Source: Chrysomallon squamiferum (lineage: Eukaryota; Animalia; Mollusca). Taken from it: a stretch of DNA of 64,000 bases. The notes under the pieces are model-generated. The model made no database searches. It was not told where the DNA came from and was given only the letters and a program-made list of their open reading frames with translations. The stretch is from assembly GCA_012295275.1 (NCBI GenBank), contig CM022670.1, positions 41,230,001 to 41,294,000 on the forward strand, in the 5' to 3' direction. The position numbers and the translations under genes were made by a program. The first letter of the stretch is position 1. The number at the start of each line of letters is the position of its first letter. Shown piece after piece: positions 33,253 through 48,784 of the stretch.

Positions 33253-35209
33253 AGTTCTGCAAATAATTCTACAAGTTGCAAAATTTATACATTAACAATA
33301 AATACTTAAATATGAAAAGATGTTAAACTAGAGAAGTGCAATTACTGACACTTGCTGATTCTGTCATTATTTGTTCGTGGTCATTTTAATCCTTGTCAAT
33401 AATATAATATTTATGTATTGACTTGTATTGCATGTAAGTAGTCAGTTTGAACTAGTCATTGTTAATATTTAATGAATAATTACAAATTTAGAAAACTGTT
33501 TTACTGTGGACTTCAGTTAGACTAGATGTTATTACAGTTCTCTGTTCTCTTTCTGAACATCCCCAGAAGTTGTATTCTCTCTTAACAATTAAATCTGAGT
33601 TATCTGCTCTCACCAATGTGAATATGTTAGAAGGTTAGTGGGAAAGAAGACCAAATACAAGTAATTCTCAAAAACAGAAAATTAAAATAACCCGTTTTAG
33701 AAATGTAACATAAAACCTGAGTCATCTGACATTACAAAGAAAAGAGGATGCAGGAATTATAACTTTAATTATAATACAGGAAGTTACAAACTTGAGTTAT
33801 CTGCCCTTACCAGTGTCAGTGTTTAAGAAGGTCAGAGAGAAAAGATGATGCTATGATTTTACACTCTTTAATTAACTCTGTCTAGCATCAAATTAAAAGA
33901 TTCTTAGAAATTTAACATAAAACATGATTTGTCTGCTCTTACCAATGTTAGAAGGTTAGTGAGAGAGAAAAGAGTATGGTATGGTCTTACACTGTGTAAT
34001 TAACTTTGAGTATCAAGCAGGAAGAGATCTGTGAACCTGTCACAGCAGAACCTGTGACTTAACCGTGTGCATTGAGTTGCGTGACTGTACAACTCACATC
34101 AATAAAACATCACTGTCTGCTCACTGTGCGACTGGCTCATTTCATGCCACAGGGCAATAACTCCGTCTTCAAAGACAACTCTTGACAAATTTCACTAGTT
34201 TGTTATCTGTGAGGATTAAAGTGAAGTGAAGAAACATGTTTAATTTCTTATCTTTGTAATTACTTCTGTTGTTCAATACAGTTTTTTTTAAACTGTTATT
34301 CCTTTTAATCTTAACCTTACTTTTATTTATTGTGATTTCAAATCTTTTATTAAAAACTTTGACATCATTTTTTTTTCATATCACATCTTTATTTAAAATT
34401 TAATTAAATAAGTTACTACCACTACTACAACCACTAGCACCACTGTTATTGCAGTTTTTACAACTACTACTACTGTTACAAATATCAGAGTAGAAAAATA
34501 AACTGAAATGACAAATATCAAAAAACCTCTTGGATACATGTGACAAATGAATCATACAGATCAGTTGTAGGGTAGGCCACTAACATACAAGTAATCTTTA
34601 ATAACAAAATGTCTTTATACGCAGTGAATAAAGAACAAATATATAATAATAATTAAAAGAAAGAATAAACTAGTATGAAATTAAAAAGAGAATACTACAA
34701 AGGGTATAAATTGAGATTTTGTCTAAAGTGAATTACTTGGAGTCAGGCAGAGACACTGAGAGTCTGCTCACACACAGAACAAAGTGAGCTGCTCACAGTG
34801 AGTGATTCACTACAGATAAATATGACATTTCCAATCTATTTGCAAATTGACTTTTGTCACAAACAGCACCAGCCACTTGAGATAAACACAAGTTGTTCTT
34901 ACCCTCTCCTCAAGATGATCTGTTTTGTGTTCTATTCACGTCTACCACGAAAACACTTCAGAAAAAGCAAAACACAGATAAACACATCAACGATAAACAC
35001 ATTAAAACATCAATAATACACACACACTGAAACACATCACAATACATACATTAATAACACTCTCAAACGCATCAGTAACACCATTCAAACATATCAAAAC
35101 ACACACAAACAGATAACACAATCACTCAAACACATCGATAACACAAACACTCAAACATTAATAACACACACTTAAACATACATTCACCAACTTCTGCCAT
35201 ATAATTAAT

Positions 35210-35750
35210 AATATCAATATTCAAAAATACAACTCATTAGATAGACCTCTAATATCAACACTTAACAAATCAGTTCATTAGACCAGTTATATCTGATTAA
35301 TTATATCAATAATCAATTCATTAGTTATATCAGTACTAATTTATCAGACCAGAAATATCAATATTCAACAAATCAATCATCCAGTAATACCAATTATTAG
35401 TAAATAAATCCACAAGTGTACTCAAGTTATATCAATACTTATCAAATCAATTTATTATACTAGTTATATCAGTTCTTAACAAATCAATTTATTATACCAA
35501 ATATATCAATTCTTATCAAAACAATTTATTAAACTAGTTATATCAGTTCTTATCAAATCAATTTATTAGACCAGGAATATCAATACTCAACAAATCAAAT
35601 GTTGGACCATTGTTCTTTAGTTTATACAGTCAAGTCAACACTAAACAAATCAGTTATCTAATTTACCATGTAGATCAAACAGATCAATATTCCAGCAAAT
35701 CAATCAGACCCATCTTTTTTACTTATAAATAAATGTATTAGACAGTTCAC
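35210..35750. repeat. Degenerate ~37-bp tandem repeat (atatcaatacttaacaaatcaatttattagaccagtt-like)
   Basis: Recurring atatca...aaatcaatt..tta motif. Confidence 0.75.
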
Positions 35751-37912
35751 GGAGTCAGACAACTGACATTAGTTATTTATACCAACCCAGTCACATCAGC
35801 ATCCAACAAGTCAGTTTATAGATCTTTAACAGATCTCTGTGGTAGTCAACAAAGTAAAACATCACAGTTCAACATGAAATGCAGACTTTATTGTTAGCAA
35901 TGGCTGGTTGCCTACAACAAATGAAGTAATTATCTTTTTTTAATGTTTGTTAGTGTGACAAATACATTAATCATCTGTTTTAATTATTTATTAGTATTAG
36001 AAATAAATTAATAATGTGTTTTAGTTATCTTCTAGTATTAGAAATAATGAAATATTTTAGTTAATATGACAAATACAAAAAATCAGTTATTTGAGCTTTT
36101 TGTCAGTGTGACAAAGATAACAATCCCTAGTGAGAATACAAAATTTACTTAGATACTTATTATTATTATTATTACATGCATCAAAAAGAACAATAAAAGG
36201 AATTTTCTGGCACATATTACATTAATTTAGATTATTTGCTAGTACCACAGTGGCTACACAGAGAGCACTGAAACAGTTAACTTCATTTTGTTTTTTTTTG
36301 TTTTTGTTTTATTACGTTTTCATTGTTGACATTTGTGGACACAGAAAGTACATATTTTATTTATAACTGATCTGTGACTGTGTGACATTCTCAAACTTAT
36401 TAACTTATTGATTATAACTGACTTAATTCCCCAGTCTCCACGGAAACAGCTGAACCAATAAACCAGTTTGAAACGAACAAAGTGGTTTTTATTTTTGACA
36501 CATAAACGTAACAATAACATAGTAATTCGTGCTATTTTTGAAAACATGTGTGTATATTGCTTTCTTTTACTAACATAGTAACCAGAATACACACTGCTGT
36601 TGACCTCGGTAGACTCAGTCACTGCTGTCCACCCAGCGACGTTGCAGTTCGACAAGACGGACTGGGTCGTAGATTGACGATGATGATTTAATTCAGTTCC
36701 TCACAGCTAATTGCTGCTGACATTTTCAGACTATTTGAACAAAGGTTAAATATATTTTCTTCTGGTAATATTTCCATCCACATCTCGACTTCTTAACACT
36801 CTGGAAAGGTCAGGTGAATTTTGAAAAATCCCTGCAGACATTCTGCAGTCCTGTTTATAATAAACATATTATTCGTTTTCGTTTCTGAAACCTTCCATCC
36901 ATCTGTCTTCCTGTTTGTCTGTCTGTCTGTTTGTCTGTCTGATTGTCTGTCTGATTGTCTGTCTGATTGTCTGTCTGTTTTTCTGTCTGCCCATCCAGCT
37001 ACTTATTTATAAACCATCCATCCTTTATTTGATCCATCAGTGTACTGTTTATAATTATATATACATGTATCTATGTATCTAACCATTCATCCATCTCTCT
37101 CTCTCTCTGTCTCTCTTTCACACACACACAAATGCACACTATCCATTACTTTATTTTCATTCCTGCATCTGCCAGATCCAGAAACTATTTACACAATCAT
37201 GTTCAAGTATAACATTGAAATCAGACTATTTGCAAAGAAAGAAAAAAAAAAAGAAAAAGAATTTGAGATGAAATCCAACTTTTCTGTTATGTTACAGACT
37301 CTGGCTACTCTGTTATTTACTTCATAAACTGTGTAATAAATTCAGTTCATGAATTAACAAATAAAAACAAAATTTACTTACAGTCTTTATTTTATTATCA
37401 TTAATATTTTAAAAATTTATTTTAAACCTGTCTTTCTTCTAATTACTTACATTTATTAAACAGTTTTTTGTCTGTTTAATATATTTTTCTTCAACTCATT
37501 CTTTTTTCTTTTTCTTTTAGATACCTTGATTCTTTTTTAATTTTTCTTCTTTAAGAAGATTTTCTTTTGTTTTAACCTTTTATTCTTTTTAAAACTTTTC
37601 TACATTTTCCTCTATTCTCTTTTCTTTACTTTGAATTTTTTCTTTCTTTCTTTCTTGTTTTCTAATCTTTCATCCTTCACGTTCTCCTGTGCTGTAATTA
37701 CCACTAACAATAAACTGCAACCTGACATGAAAGCACATCTGTTGTGACAAGCACTTCACAGATGTCCACTCTCCCGCTAATGCTGATGGACAGGCAACAT
37801 GGTCAGTGGAGGTGTCCTGGCTGGACGGGAGTAAGTCTGTCAGTGCAGTCTGTCACAGCATCTGTTACACCTAAACTGCTGCCCGGTTACCTCTGTGTGT
37901 CACCAGGGCCAC

Positions 37913-37926
37913 GTTGCCATAGCAAC
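37913..37926. promoter_or_regulatory. RFX X-box motif GTTGCCATAGCAAC
   Basis: Matches the established X-box consensus GTNRCC(N0-3)RGYAAC; function untested. Confidence 0.55.
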
Positions 37927-38347
37927 ACATGTAATTCCTGCATGCTGGATAAAGGTGATACATGGAAAGATGATGACACACAAGAGATTTTATTTGTCTT
38001 TGTTTATTACACTGATACATGTCATCCTTGGCAGATCCACAGTTTGAATCGAGAGGGTGTTGTTCCTATTGTTTTTAAAACAATGGGTTTTGTGATGAAA
38101 AGAGAATTTTATGGATGGGAGGAGGTACTAGATTGATTATGAGTCGTGTTATTAGTACTGGATCAAAACCACCATTTCAAAACTGTTTAATATTCATAAT
38201 ACAGTCAACATAAAACTTTTATTGTAAATAATAAAAATTGGGTGAGCTAAAAATAAGTGTTCCCCCATGGTTATGTGCATGTTAGAAGTATCAGGAGTTG
38301 ATCTATGATTTCAGAAAACAATGTGATATTATATGAGAGACACTGAG

Positions 38348-38413
<66 letters not shown>

Positions 38414-38438
38414 TAAAAGTGTGTTTGTGTGTGTGTGT

Positions 38439-38488
<50 letters not shown>

Positions 38489-39129
38489 CTGTGGGTGTGT
38501 TTGGGAGGGTGTGTCTGGCACAGTGTTTGTAGATAATATGACTAGTAATGTTGTTCATTTTGTGTATGCATGTAAATTTATTTACTTATATATTTAAGTG
38601 TGTGAATTTATTTACTATAAATATTAATGTATTAATTTATTTTCTCTATGTGTGTACATTTAACTATGTATACATGTAAATGTATCTATGTACATATTAC
38701 TGTGTTTAAACTAGTTTACATATAAATTAATGTGTAATTATTTATATATATTAAATGTATAAAGTAGTTTACGTAGATATTACTGTGTGTATGAGGACAA
38801 CTCATCCTATATTATTTACAAACTGTCTTGATCACAGGTTCAGTAGCCGAGCTGACAGATACAACAATTAGTAGACATTTATCAGTAAGTATTAATCATT
38901 ACTGCAGAGACAGTCCTTACAGTGAATCAATAGCAAACACAGCAGATGACCACAAATTAGTGATAAAGTAAACTCCTATAATCCATCTTCTTACACATCC
39001 AGTCTTCACAACTTAAAATATTCTTGTGGCAAAAAAACACATTTTGTAATATTGGTTACTTTTGTAACAGTGTGTTTATTTGAAAAAATAGATAAATAAT
39101 AATAATAATAATAATAATAATAAGAAGAA

Positions 39130-39181
<52 letters not shown>

Positions 39182-39614
39182 AATAATAATAAATAAATAA
39201 ATAAAATGTAAGAAAATTTTACAAAATAATATTACAACAATCTTTTTAGAAAGTTCCATAAAAGACACATTTAATAGTACTAGTAACAGTAGACAGAGAT
39301 TTCTCCTGAAAGGAATGAATGAAAATGAAAAGAAAACATTAAAGAAAAATGAAAGAAAGATTGAAATATTTATTAAAAGTCATTTCATCAGTGTTTGCGG
39401 CAGGATTTTTAAGAAAGAAAGTAAAAAAAGAGACTTAAAAGAAGAAAAAATATTTCATGTTGCAATTTCTGCATTCGCAGATACACAGGTATGTGAGAAA
39501 AGAAAAAACAAAACTCTATAAATACACATGATGATGGTTTCACCAGGTACAAAAATGTCTAATACCTACCAACTTGTAACACAAGACAAAAACATTCATA
39601 TATTTATTTCTCCA

Positions 39615-39628
39615 GTTTCTATGGCAAC
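39615..39628. promoter_or_regulatory. RFX X-box-like motif GTTTCTATGGCAAC
   Basis: Fits the GTHNYY-AT-RRNAAC X-box pattern. Confidence 0.45.
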
Positions 39629-39824
39629 ACAAAACACAAATGAAAATACCACAAAGTCTGGCATGACATAAGAAACGTATGTAACCACAGAAAGGTAATC
39701 TGATGTTGCCTCTGCAGCAACGCTGATGTTAAAGAAATGTTTCATAAAATCACACACAAGTATGTATTTAGAAGAGAAAAATAAAAATTTAAAAAAAAAG
39801 ACATATCAGTACATATTTTGATAG

Positions 39825-40325
39825 CAATAACTTACTGATCCATCACATCATTTTAATATCAATCACTTACTGATCCATCATATTATTTTAATATCAATCA
39901 CTTACTAACCTGTCAACACTTTTTGTTTTATTCACTCACTAACCATCAACACTTTTACTATTGACTACTTACTGATCTTTCAGTATATTTTAATAATAAT
40001 TAATCAGTTAGTAATCCATCAAAACATTGCTTACTAACCCATCAATTCATTTTAATATTAATCACTTACTTCTTCTTCATCGTCTAATGTGTGACAATTA
40101 ATTACTAATCCATCAACACATTTCAATATTAATTACTAATCCATCAACACATTTCAGTGTTCATCACTTAGTAATCCATGAAAACATTTTGCTATTAATT
40201 CCTTACTATCAGATCAACCTTTTTAACACTAATCACTTACTAATCCATCAATACATTTTAATATTAATTACTAATCCATAAAAAATATTTCAATATTAAT
40301 CACTAAACCATCATTATATTTTAAT
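39825..40325. repeat. Degenerate ~35-bp tandem repeat (aatcacttactaatccatcaacacattttaatatt-like)
   Basis: Recurring cttactaatccatca motif. Confidence 0.8.
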
Positions 40326-42286
40326 AGTAATTTCTGTTCTATAAGAACAGAGACCTGCTGTCACCAGATAACAACTACTTTATTAATGTTTTTATCTTCA
40401 TCTTTGACTGGACAAAAAACACACACAGGTGTGTTCTGGGGATTGTACTCATTGCCTGGCATATCTCAGGCTAGCAACTTAACCACTAAGTTACGGCTAA
40501 ATGACAATTAATTAGAAATAACAAAGACACGATATGCTAAATTTTACATTACAGTGAAAAGAAAAATGATTTTAATATTTTATAATCAAATTTTCAATTA
40601 ATCATTACAAGCAGATCAAAGAGATTTCTTTTTAATTTTTTTTAATTTTGTTTAAAGTGAAGCTTCCTTAATAAAATTTTTAAAAAATTTAAAATTCAAT
40701 TTAGATTCATTTTAATTATAATTCTAGGGGAAAAAAAAGTTTTATTAATTGTTTTGTTATAAGATTATGGTGTTTTTAAATGAGGATGAATAGCTTTTTG
40801 GGTAAAAAAAAATTAGATAGGAATTAGAACAAAAGGAATATATTAACCTCTTGCATTTCAGAAGTTTGAGTTGAAAGTTTGTCATAAACTGCCTTTGTGC
40901 AGGTGGATCTTTCATTGTTATTAATAAAACATAACAAAGCTTTGATATTCAAGTATTTAAATGATTTCTTTCTTTTTTTAATTTTTTTCCTCTCTTCCAG
41001 AAAGATGAAAATAAACGTCAGCAATTACGTGGATTGTTTTACAAAGAGGCGTAATGTTCTCCGTCGTTCTTTCTTCTTTCTTTCCATCGCTATTCTTCCA
41101 CCATATTTCTTTATCTTTGTCCTCCATTCACCTCTTTTAACCCTGTAGTGACTAACAGCCTCTAACTCAGTTTATACTTCTCTTTATTGCATTCACACAC
41201 CCCTCGTACAAGATCAACTCTGATTTTATTTCATTTCCTCGCTACAAAGACAATTGTTGATTAACGCTACTTTCCGCAAAGAACCCAACAAAAGCAACAA
41301 CCTCCCTTCCAGACCAAGGATCTATAAACATGATTCCTAAAACACCTCACAATAAGATCGCTTAAACTGTTTACCGTGTCTTTAAAAAAAATTATATCTT
41401 CAACGTCGGTTTTACCAATATTCTTTGAGTTCAGCAATGCAGTGGTGGCTAGTGACTCATAAGCATTTCCATCAAGTTTGGTCTTTGTTCGGCAGATGAT
41501 TCATTTCTATTGATTCTCTGGAACCACGGGAGATTGCCTGCCATCCAGTGGAATCCACAACTCTCACCCTCATCGGAATTCATCAAACACAGCCGAGCTT
41601 GCCCCAGACAATTTTTATTTCAAGCAAAACCGATCAATATTTTTATATTTTAGCTTTTATCTCTCAAAGTGGTACTCAAAACAATCTACTCGATGGAATA
41701 AAATAAAATATGGTGCAGTGGAAATAATGGTAATAAGAATATAAAATATATATGTTGAATTTTGGGGAAAAAAATCCAACTAAATAACAGTAATTGTAAA
41801 TATAACATCTGAAGTTCTGTATTATTACTACTGTTACTACTAGTTCTACTACTTCACTACTACTACTACTACTACTACTGGTACTGGTACTGCTACTACT
41901 GCTACTACTACTGCTACTATTACTACTAATAATAATAATAATATTAAGAAATTATATTTAATTTTAATAATATTATTTTAAAATGACTAAACTAAATTTC
42001 GTAACAGTAAAACAGATAATCATGATGATGAGGTACAATATGGACAAAAATTACAAAGTCAGAACACTTACTTGTTATCTAAAACAGAAAACAGAATAGT
42101 TATTTGTAACAAGTGGTAATCAAAGAGAAAACATGAAAGCAAGACTAAGACAGTGAATCTTTCATACAGGTCTAATTAATTTGACTAATTAACATTTCTT
42201 TGTGATAATGAACATGTTTTATATGTTTACTGTCACTTACAGCATTGCATCAGCTGTTGTGATTTAATGAAACCAGTTTGAAGTGT

Positions 42287-43100
42287 TACAATACCATACC
42301 ATGTTATGTAATATTATACTGCATTATACAATACTGTACCATGCTGTGCAACATTATACTGCATTATACAATACTGTACCATACTATGTAATATTATATT
42401 ACATTATACAATACTGTACCATGCTGTGCAACATTATATTACATTATACAATACTATACCATGCTGTGCAACATTATACTGCATTATACAATACTGTACC
42501 ATGCTGTGCAACATTATATTACATTATACAATACCATACCATGCTGTATAATATTATACTACATTATACAATACTATACCATGTTATGTAATATTATATT
42601 ACATTATACAATACTGAACCATGCTGTGCAACATTATTCTGCATTATACAATACTGTACCATGCTATGTAATACTATACTGCATTATACAATACTGTACC
42701 ATGCTATGTAATATTATACTGCATTATACAATACTGTACCATGCTATGTAATACTATACTGCATTATACAATACTGTACCATGCTATGTAATATTATACT
42801 GCATTATACAATACTGTACCATGCTATGTAATACTATACTGCATTATACAATACTGTACCATGCTATGTAATATTATACTACATTATACAATACTGTACC
42901 ATGCTATGTAATATTATACTGCATTATACAATACTGTACCATGCTATGTAATATTATACTGCATTATACAATACTGTACCATGCTGTGCAACATTATACT
43001 GCATTATACAATACTGTGCCATGCTGTGCAACATTATACTGCATTATACAATATTGTACCATGCTATGTAATATTATACTGCATTATACAATACTACACC
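42287..43100. repeat. 40-bp minisatellite atgctatgtaatattatactgcattatacaatactgtacc, about 20 copies
   Basis: Indel-free 40-bp register visible in the 10-nt blocks; internal 5/10-bp substructure. Confidence 0.96.
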
Positions 43101-43771
43101 AAACCAACCAATAACTATATTGCATTACACAATAATACAGTATACAATACCATACCATACAATACTATGCTATACTATATAACACTATACTGTTTTATAC
43201 AATTATATATAATGACAACACAAGAATCTTATTTAACATGTTCACCTAAAAACAAACAAAAGTTTTCACTGTGGAGAATACTTTCTAATTATCTGTGATG
43301 AGAGTGAATACAGAAGTAAGTTTACTGATTGTCTGTTGTAATCAGACTGTTTGTTCCTGGTGCTTAGTAAGTAACCTGGCAGTGTATGCTCAAAATAATA
43401 AATATGTATATGTGTCTGTGTGTGTGTGTGTTATTTTATTTTTATGTAATTTAAAAAAAAAAAAAATTTAATATTTAGAAAATATTTACACGGTATTTAA
43501 TGCATTCAGGGCATTTATTTAGAAATTATATTCATTCTTAACATAACTATAGCCTTTCACTGGAAATTCCTCTGTCATGTACTGGCTGGTTACTTACAAG
43601 CCACTCTTTATGTCTCCATAGATTTTTTCTTAAATGTAGTACAGGAAAATATACACTACAGATGTTTTATAAACCATTCAAAAGGACTGGTTTGTGTAAG
43701 CATGTGTAGGAATTACAAGACTGACAGAGACACTAACTGACACTGGAAAGTAGTCTAACCTGTGACGTGTA

Positions 43772-44027
43772 ACTAGTGTGTAAGAGAACAAATCACTAGT
43801 AAGTCAAACATTAATTAGTGTGTAAGAGAACAAATCACTAGTAAGTCAAACATTAACTAGTGTGTAAGAGAACAAATCACTAGTAAGTCAAACATTAACT
43901 AGTGTGTAAGAGAACAAATCACTAGTAAGTCAAACATTAACTAGTGTGTAAGAGAACAACTCACTAGTAAGTCAAACATTAACTAGTGTGTAAGAGAACA
44001 AATCACTAGTAAGTCAAACATTAACTA
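43772..44027. repeat. 42-bp near-perfect tandem repeat x6
   Basis: actagtgtgtaagagaacaaatcactagtaagtcaaacatta at 43772, 43814, 43856, 43898, 43940, 43982. Confidence 0.97.
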
Positions 44028-44184
44028 CTGGAATTGACAGCCAGACAACTCAGAGGTCACAGATTCCAGCAAGACAAAATTTTAATTAGTTTTTGCTAAA
44101 CATCAATCTTTAACTTCAGTGTCTCTCTCTCACAATGTTCAAACCATGCACACAATCTCTGTCTCTCCCTCTCTATATCTGCCT

Positions 44185-44220
<36 letters not shown>

Positions 44221-45552
44221 ACACAGTCATACAGACAAAAGATCAACATACCATATACACACAACCATAAACAGTTACATATGCAGACAACAAATAGGCA
44301 CACACAAATGAAAATAATAAACACAAAAAAACCATGTACTTTCAAATATAAACATATACATACACATATAAACACAGACAAACACATTCACAGACAATAC
44401 ACATATAAACACAGACAAACACATTCACAGACAATACACACTCCCACACACTTACATACACAAACATGACACACACATACACACACACACATAGAGAGAC
44501 ACAAACATTTATTGTGAAAAGAAAAAGAAATCTATAGGGATGTTTCACAGACAAAGAAGAACATGTAACACTCTAAAAGAGAGAAACGTTACATGACAGA
44601 AGTATGAGAGAAAACTTTCTCTTATTGATCAGCAGCTAGAAATATTTTATATGAACAGTCTAATAAAGAACAGAGCACCAGTCAAGGACTTTAATTTAGT
44701 CTGCATCAAATTCTTTTTCACATTCTATTTCAATTTTCTTTCAAGTTGTATTTCTATTCTCATTTATCACATCTGAATTCTTATTCATGAATTTTTTTTC
44801 AAGTCAAATCTTTCTGTATTCAGGACCACACACCCCCATCACAAAAAAACTATAAATAAATAAATAAATAAATAAATAAAATAAATAAATACAATAAAAT
44901 AGAATAAAAAATAATAAAAAAAACTTGAACATAACTCGAATTATATTCACCTAAAGTACTACTTAAATCATTACATCGCAAATAACATTTTCTGATTTAT
45001 TTTTTATTTTTTTTACGAAAAACAATTTTACAGTTGATGGTTAAAAACAAACATACTTATGAAGAAATAAAAAATAATAATAATAATAACAAAATAAAAA
45101 AAAATTAATCATTTAGAAAACTAAAAAACTGGCAATTTGGTGGGATTTTTTATATTATATATACAGAATATACGAGTACCATTAACTTAAAGGCCATGTA
45201 AATTATTAATTTATAAAGATTAGTGAAATAAAGAAAACTAATTCAGTTAATTGCCCAGGACGTGATATGCTTGAATTGTCTTACTCTGGAACACATTCTC
45301 TGTGAACAGAGGGTATTTTTGTATTTATCTATTATTAACAATTAACATGAGAATGAAATGTTTGTCACACCCTGCTTTCAATAGGCAACAGATGTCCTTA
45401 ATATAATATTCACAATAAAATAACAATTATTTTCAGATTGAAAACAAAATAAAAAAACATCGGATTTTGTCACAGATGGTTTTATTAATATAATTTTTCT
45501 TCTTCTTTTTAATTTTTTCTTAGTTATAGTAATAATAATGTATGTATGTGTA

Positions 45553-45592
<40 letters not shown>

Positions 45593-45959
45593 ATTAAATA
45601 ACCATCAGAAATATCATAACTGCATAAAATAGATTTTTTTTTTTTTTTTTATCGTTCTGGTAAATAAACCAGGTAGATGTTATGAATGGTTACCTATAAC
45701 GAGTTTACCTATAACGAGGTCACCTAACTACAGGTAACAGAGAAATGGATATCAGACTTCGGTTCTGAGTGTGCATTGATTTTCTAATAACATTAAACAG
45801 GAACCATTTTTTTCATTATTACACTATTTTGCCATCAGCTATAATAAAAAAAGAATCAATATGAACAAAACAGACAGAAACTGTGACACGAATATTAAAG
45901 TACGATTCATGTGAAAAACCATTTCACAGTCAAATTTTAAACAATTGCCTCTTGCATTA

Positions 45960-46002
<43 letters not shown>

Positions 46003-46537
46003 GCATTAAATAAATATTTTAGATTTCCATTTTGAAGGATGGTGCCTCTGTGAATGTCAGTGTTTATATGGTAAATCAAGATATAAATATTTAAAATAAA
46101 TAATTACACTTGTTGGTTTTTTTTTGATTATGTATAATTATTCACATAGGAACTTATTATCAGCATGATCTGTATGGTTAATGAGTAAATCAGTTTCAGT
46201 TATAATTGTATTTTTTTTATCAATTTCACATTTATCTGAAGATGAACAGATATTATTAATAAATAAATAATAGATATGTATCTATTTGTGCATGAGATGA
46301 AATGATCTTTACAGAATAAAAACAGCAACAACTACAACAACAACAAGTACACCAGCTGGAATAAGATATTATCAGTAAAACTGAGTAATTTAAAAAGATT
46401 GTTAATAGAGATAAACCTTTAATAGTTACAAAATATAAAAAAAATAAATAAATAAAAAAAATACATAGAACTGTAATTAACATTATTTTATTTTCTTGTA
46501 CACAAAAACTTCATGTCATACACAGAAATACATCTAA

Positions 46538-46577
<40 letters not shown>

Positions 46578-48784
46578 GTAATAATAATAATAATAATAGT
46601 AATAATAATAAAAACAATAAGAAAAAAACAATATCAATCTAGTTTTGCAATGATTTTCTCACAAACAGTGAAGTTAAACAAACAACAGACATTTAAAAAA
46701 AAAAAAAAGAATTCTATTTTCCAAGTGCTGGGTGCCTGGGCCTCGCCTGTGTAATGTTATTACGAGTCTGTGTACAGCACTGCTACTCACAGAACACAGT
46801 TGACTTGTAGCTGTGTCCGAGACAAATGAAATTAGAGAGAAACCAGGTCTAGAAGATTCAATAAAAACAAGTGAGAAGATTGAAGTGACTTCTCCTACTG
46901 GGTCCAGGTTTCAGTGACTGATGTTCACACTGAGGCAGGAATCCACACAAAAACCATCGGCTTTTGACTGAGTGATGTGAGACCAGGATTGAGAGATAGA
47001 AGAAAGTCAACAAAGTGTTATTGTAGTGGAATCTGTGAGAGAGGCAGCACATGTCAGTTCATACACTACAAGTCACACGTCACTGATTGTCTGTCTGTCT
47101 GTGTGTGCCACTCATACCACTGACAACATGTCCCACGGAATTAAATTTCCTGTCTCAGAATAATCCAAGTCTCACATGTATTATCAGTCTACACTCCCAC
47201 TCATTTTTATCATCTACCCACTTTACTCATATTTATTATCAGTCTACAGCCCTACTCATTTTTATCATCTACCCACTTTTACTCATATTTAATTATCAAT
47301 TCATCCACCCCAAATTAAAACTTTTACCAATCTGCCAAACCCGTATTTGTATTCATTATCAAAACACCTTCCATTTCAAAAGTCTCTTAACTGCAATTAA
47401 AAATATCTTTTGAAAATTACTCAATTCACCATTGCATATTTTATCAATGCTTCCATCTTGCAATCACATTTACAACCCACCTTGCATAACTGTAATTAAA
47501 GAATCTATTTAAAGATAAGCCAGTCCAGTCTTCTACTGTAAAACTGACTTCACCATGTTAGTGATGTGACATTTACTTTTTGTTTTTAAACGTAATCACA
47601 TTAACAGCAAAATGAGTCACAAAGAGATTTTCTACTGATGTTTTCACATAACCAGATGATCAAAGTTTTGAAATGATGTGTTATTAATTGACTATATTGT
47701 TCTGTCTTTGAGAAATGATGCTTTGAAGTCAGCTGAATCAAGATCTCTAGTTTTAAGAAAAAGACAATTAAAATAGCGTTTTACAATTTTCAGACGTCAG
47801 ATGTCCTCATCATGTCATGTAACAAACAAACTGTCTGTAAAAGACATTCACTGATACACTGAGTGATAATATTAATAACATGCTTTCAGTATTGTCGACA
47901 TGTTTATTGAGAAAACTATATGTGTGCCTTCAGGCTCATTTTGATATGGTGGGTCACACATATGTTTATTTAACTTATTATTATAACAGAATATACTGCA
48001 CTTTTTAAACTGATTAAATTACTGCTACTGTTACTTCTACTGCTGCTGCTGCTGCTACTGTTACTACTACTACAGCTGCTACTACTAATAATAAAAATAA
48101 TGCTGTTGTGGTTGTCACTGTGTGTAGATCTTGTTGCTGTTGCAGTTGGTGTTATTAAAGAAATCTATCCCCACCCTCACCTCATCACTGAGGCTGTCCC
48201 CTGCCCCCAGGGTTAATAGATCAGCTAAGTTTTAATTTCTGTTATCAGTAGGTATTCCTTGCTGGCAGCCATTTTAATTTCCATACCAGTCATTTTGTTA
48301 TTTTCAAATAAATATTTAAAACTGAAATTTTAAACAAAAACAACATTATTACTCATTAATTCTAAATGTTATGCAAAATAATTTTTTTTAATATTTACTG
48401 AAAAAATAAAAGAGAAAAAAAAGTTTAAAAAAAATATTAAAAAAAATTATGTAATAGCTTTTGCTTGGAGAAAAATAAATAAATAAAACATAATAAGAAA
48501 AAAGGTAATTTTTTATGAAATCTGCAAAAAAAAAAAATGTTAAAAAGAAAAATAAGTAATAAGTTTTCTCACATCTATAGAGAAAATTTGATATCATCAG
48601 TTACTAACATCAAACATTTGTTGATTCAGAAATACATTTAACCTTCAAAAGACAATATTATTTTCTATCAATGCTAGTAATGTTTGATATCACTTTTCTT
48701 TAGAATGATCAGCAGATATAAAGATCTCTCTGTAAAACTGTGTCTCAAGATTAAATCTCTATGCCACTTCCTATTTCAGAATTA

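Noticed and set aside
31351-33309. 652-aa and 525-aa His/Thr-rich ORFs
   Set aside because: They are translations of the CA-rich minisatellite, open in multiple frames because the unit lacks stops; no splice or domain support.
42283-43298. Repetitive Tyr/Cys/His ORFs
   Set aside because: Translations of the 40-bp satellite.
43772-44027. CRISPR-like 42-bp repeats
   Set aside because: Head-to-tail copies with no spacers.
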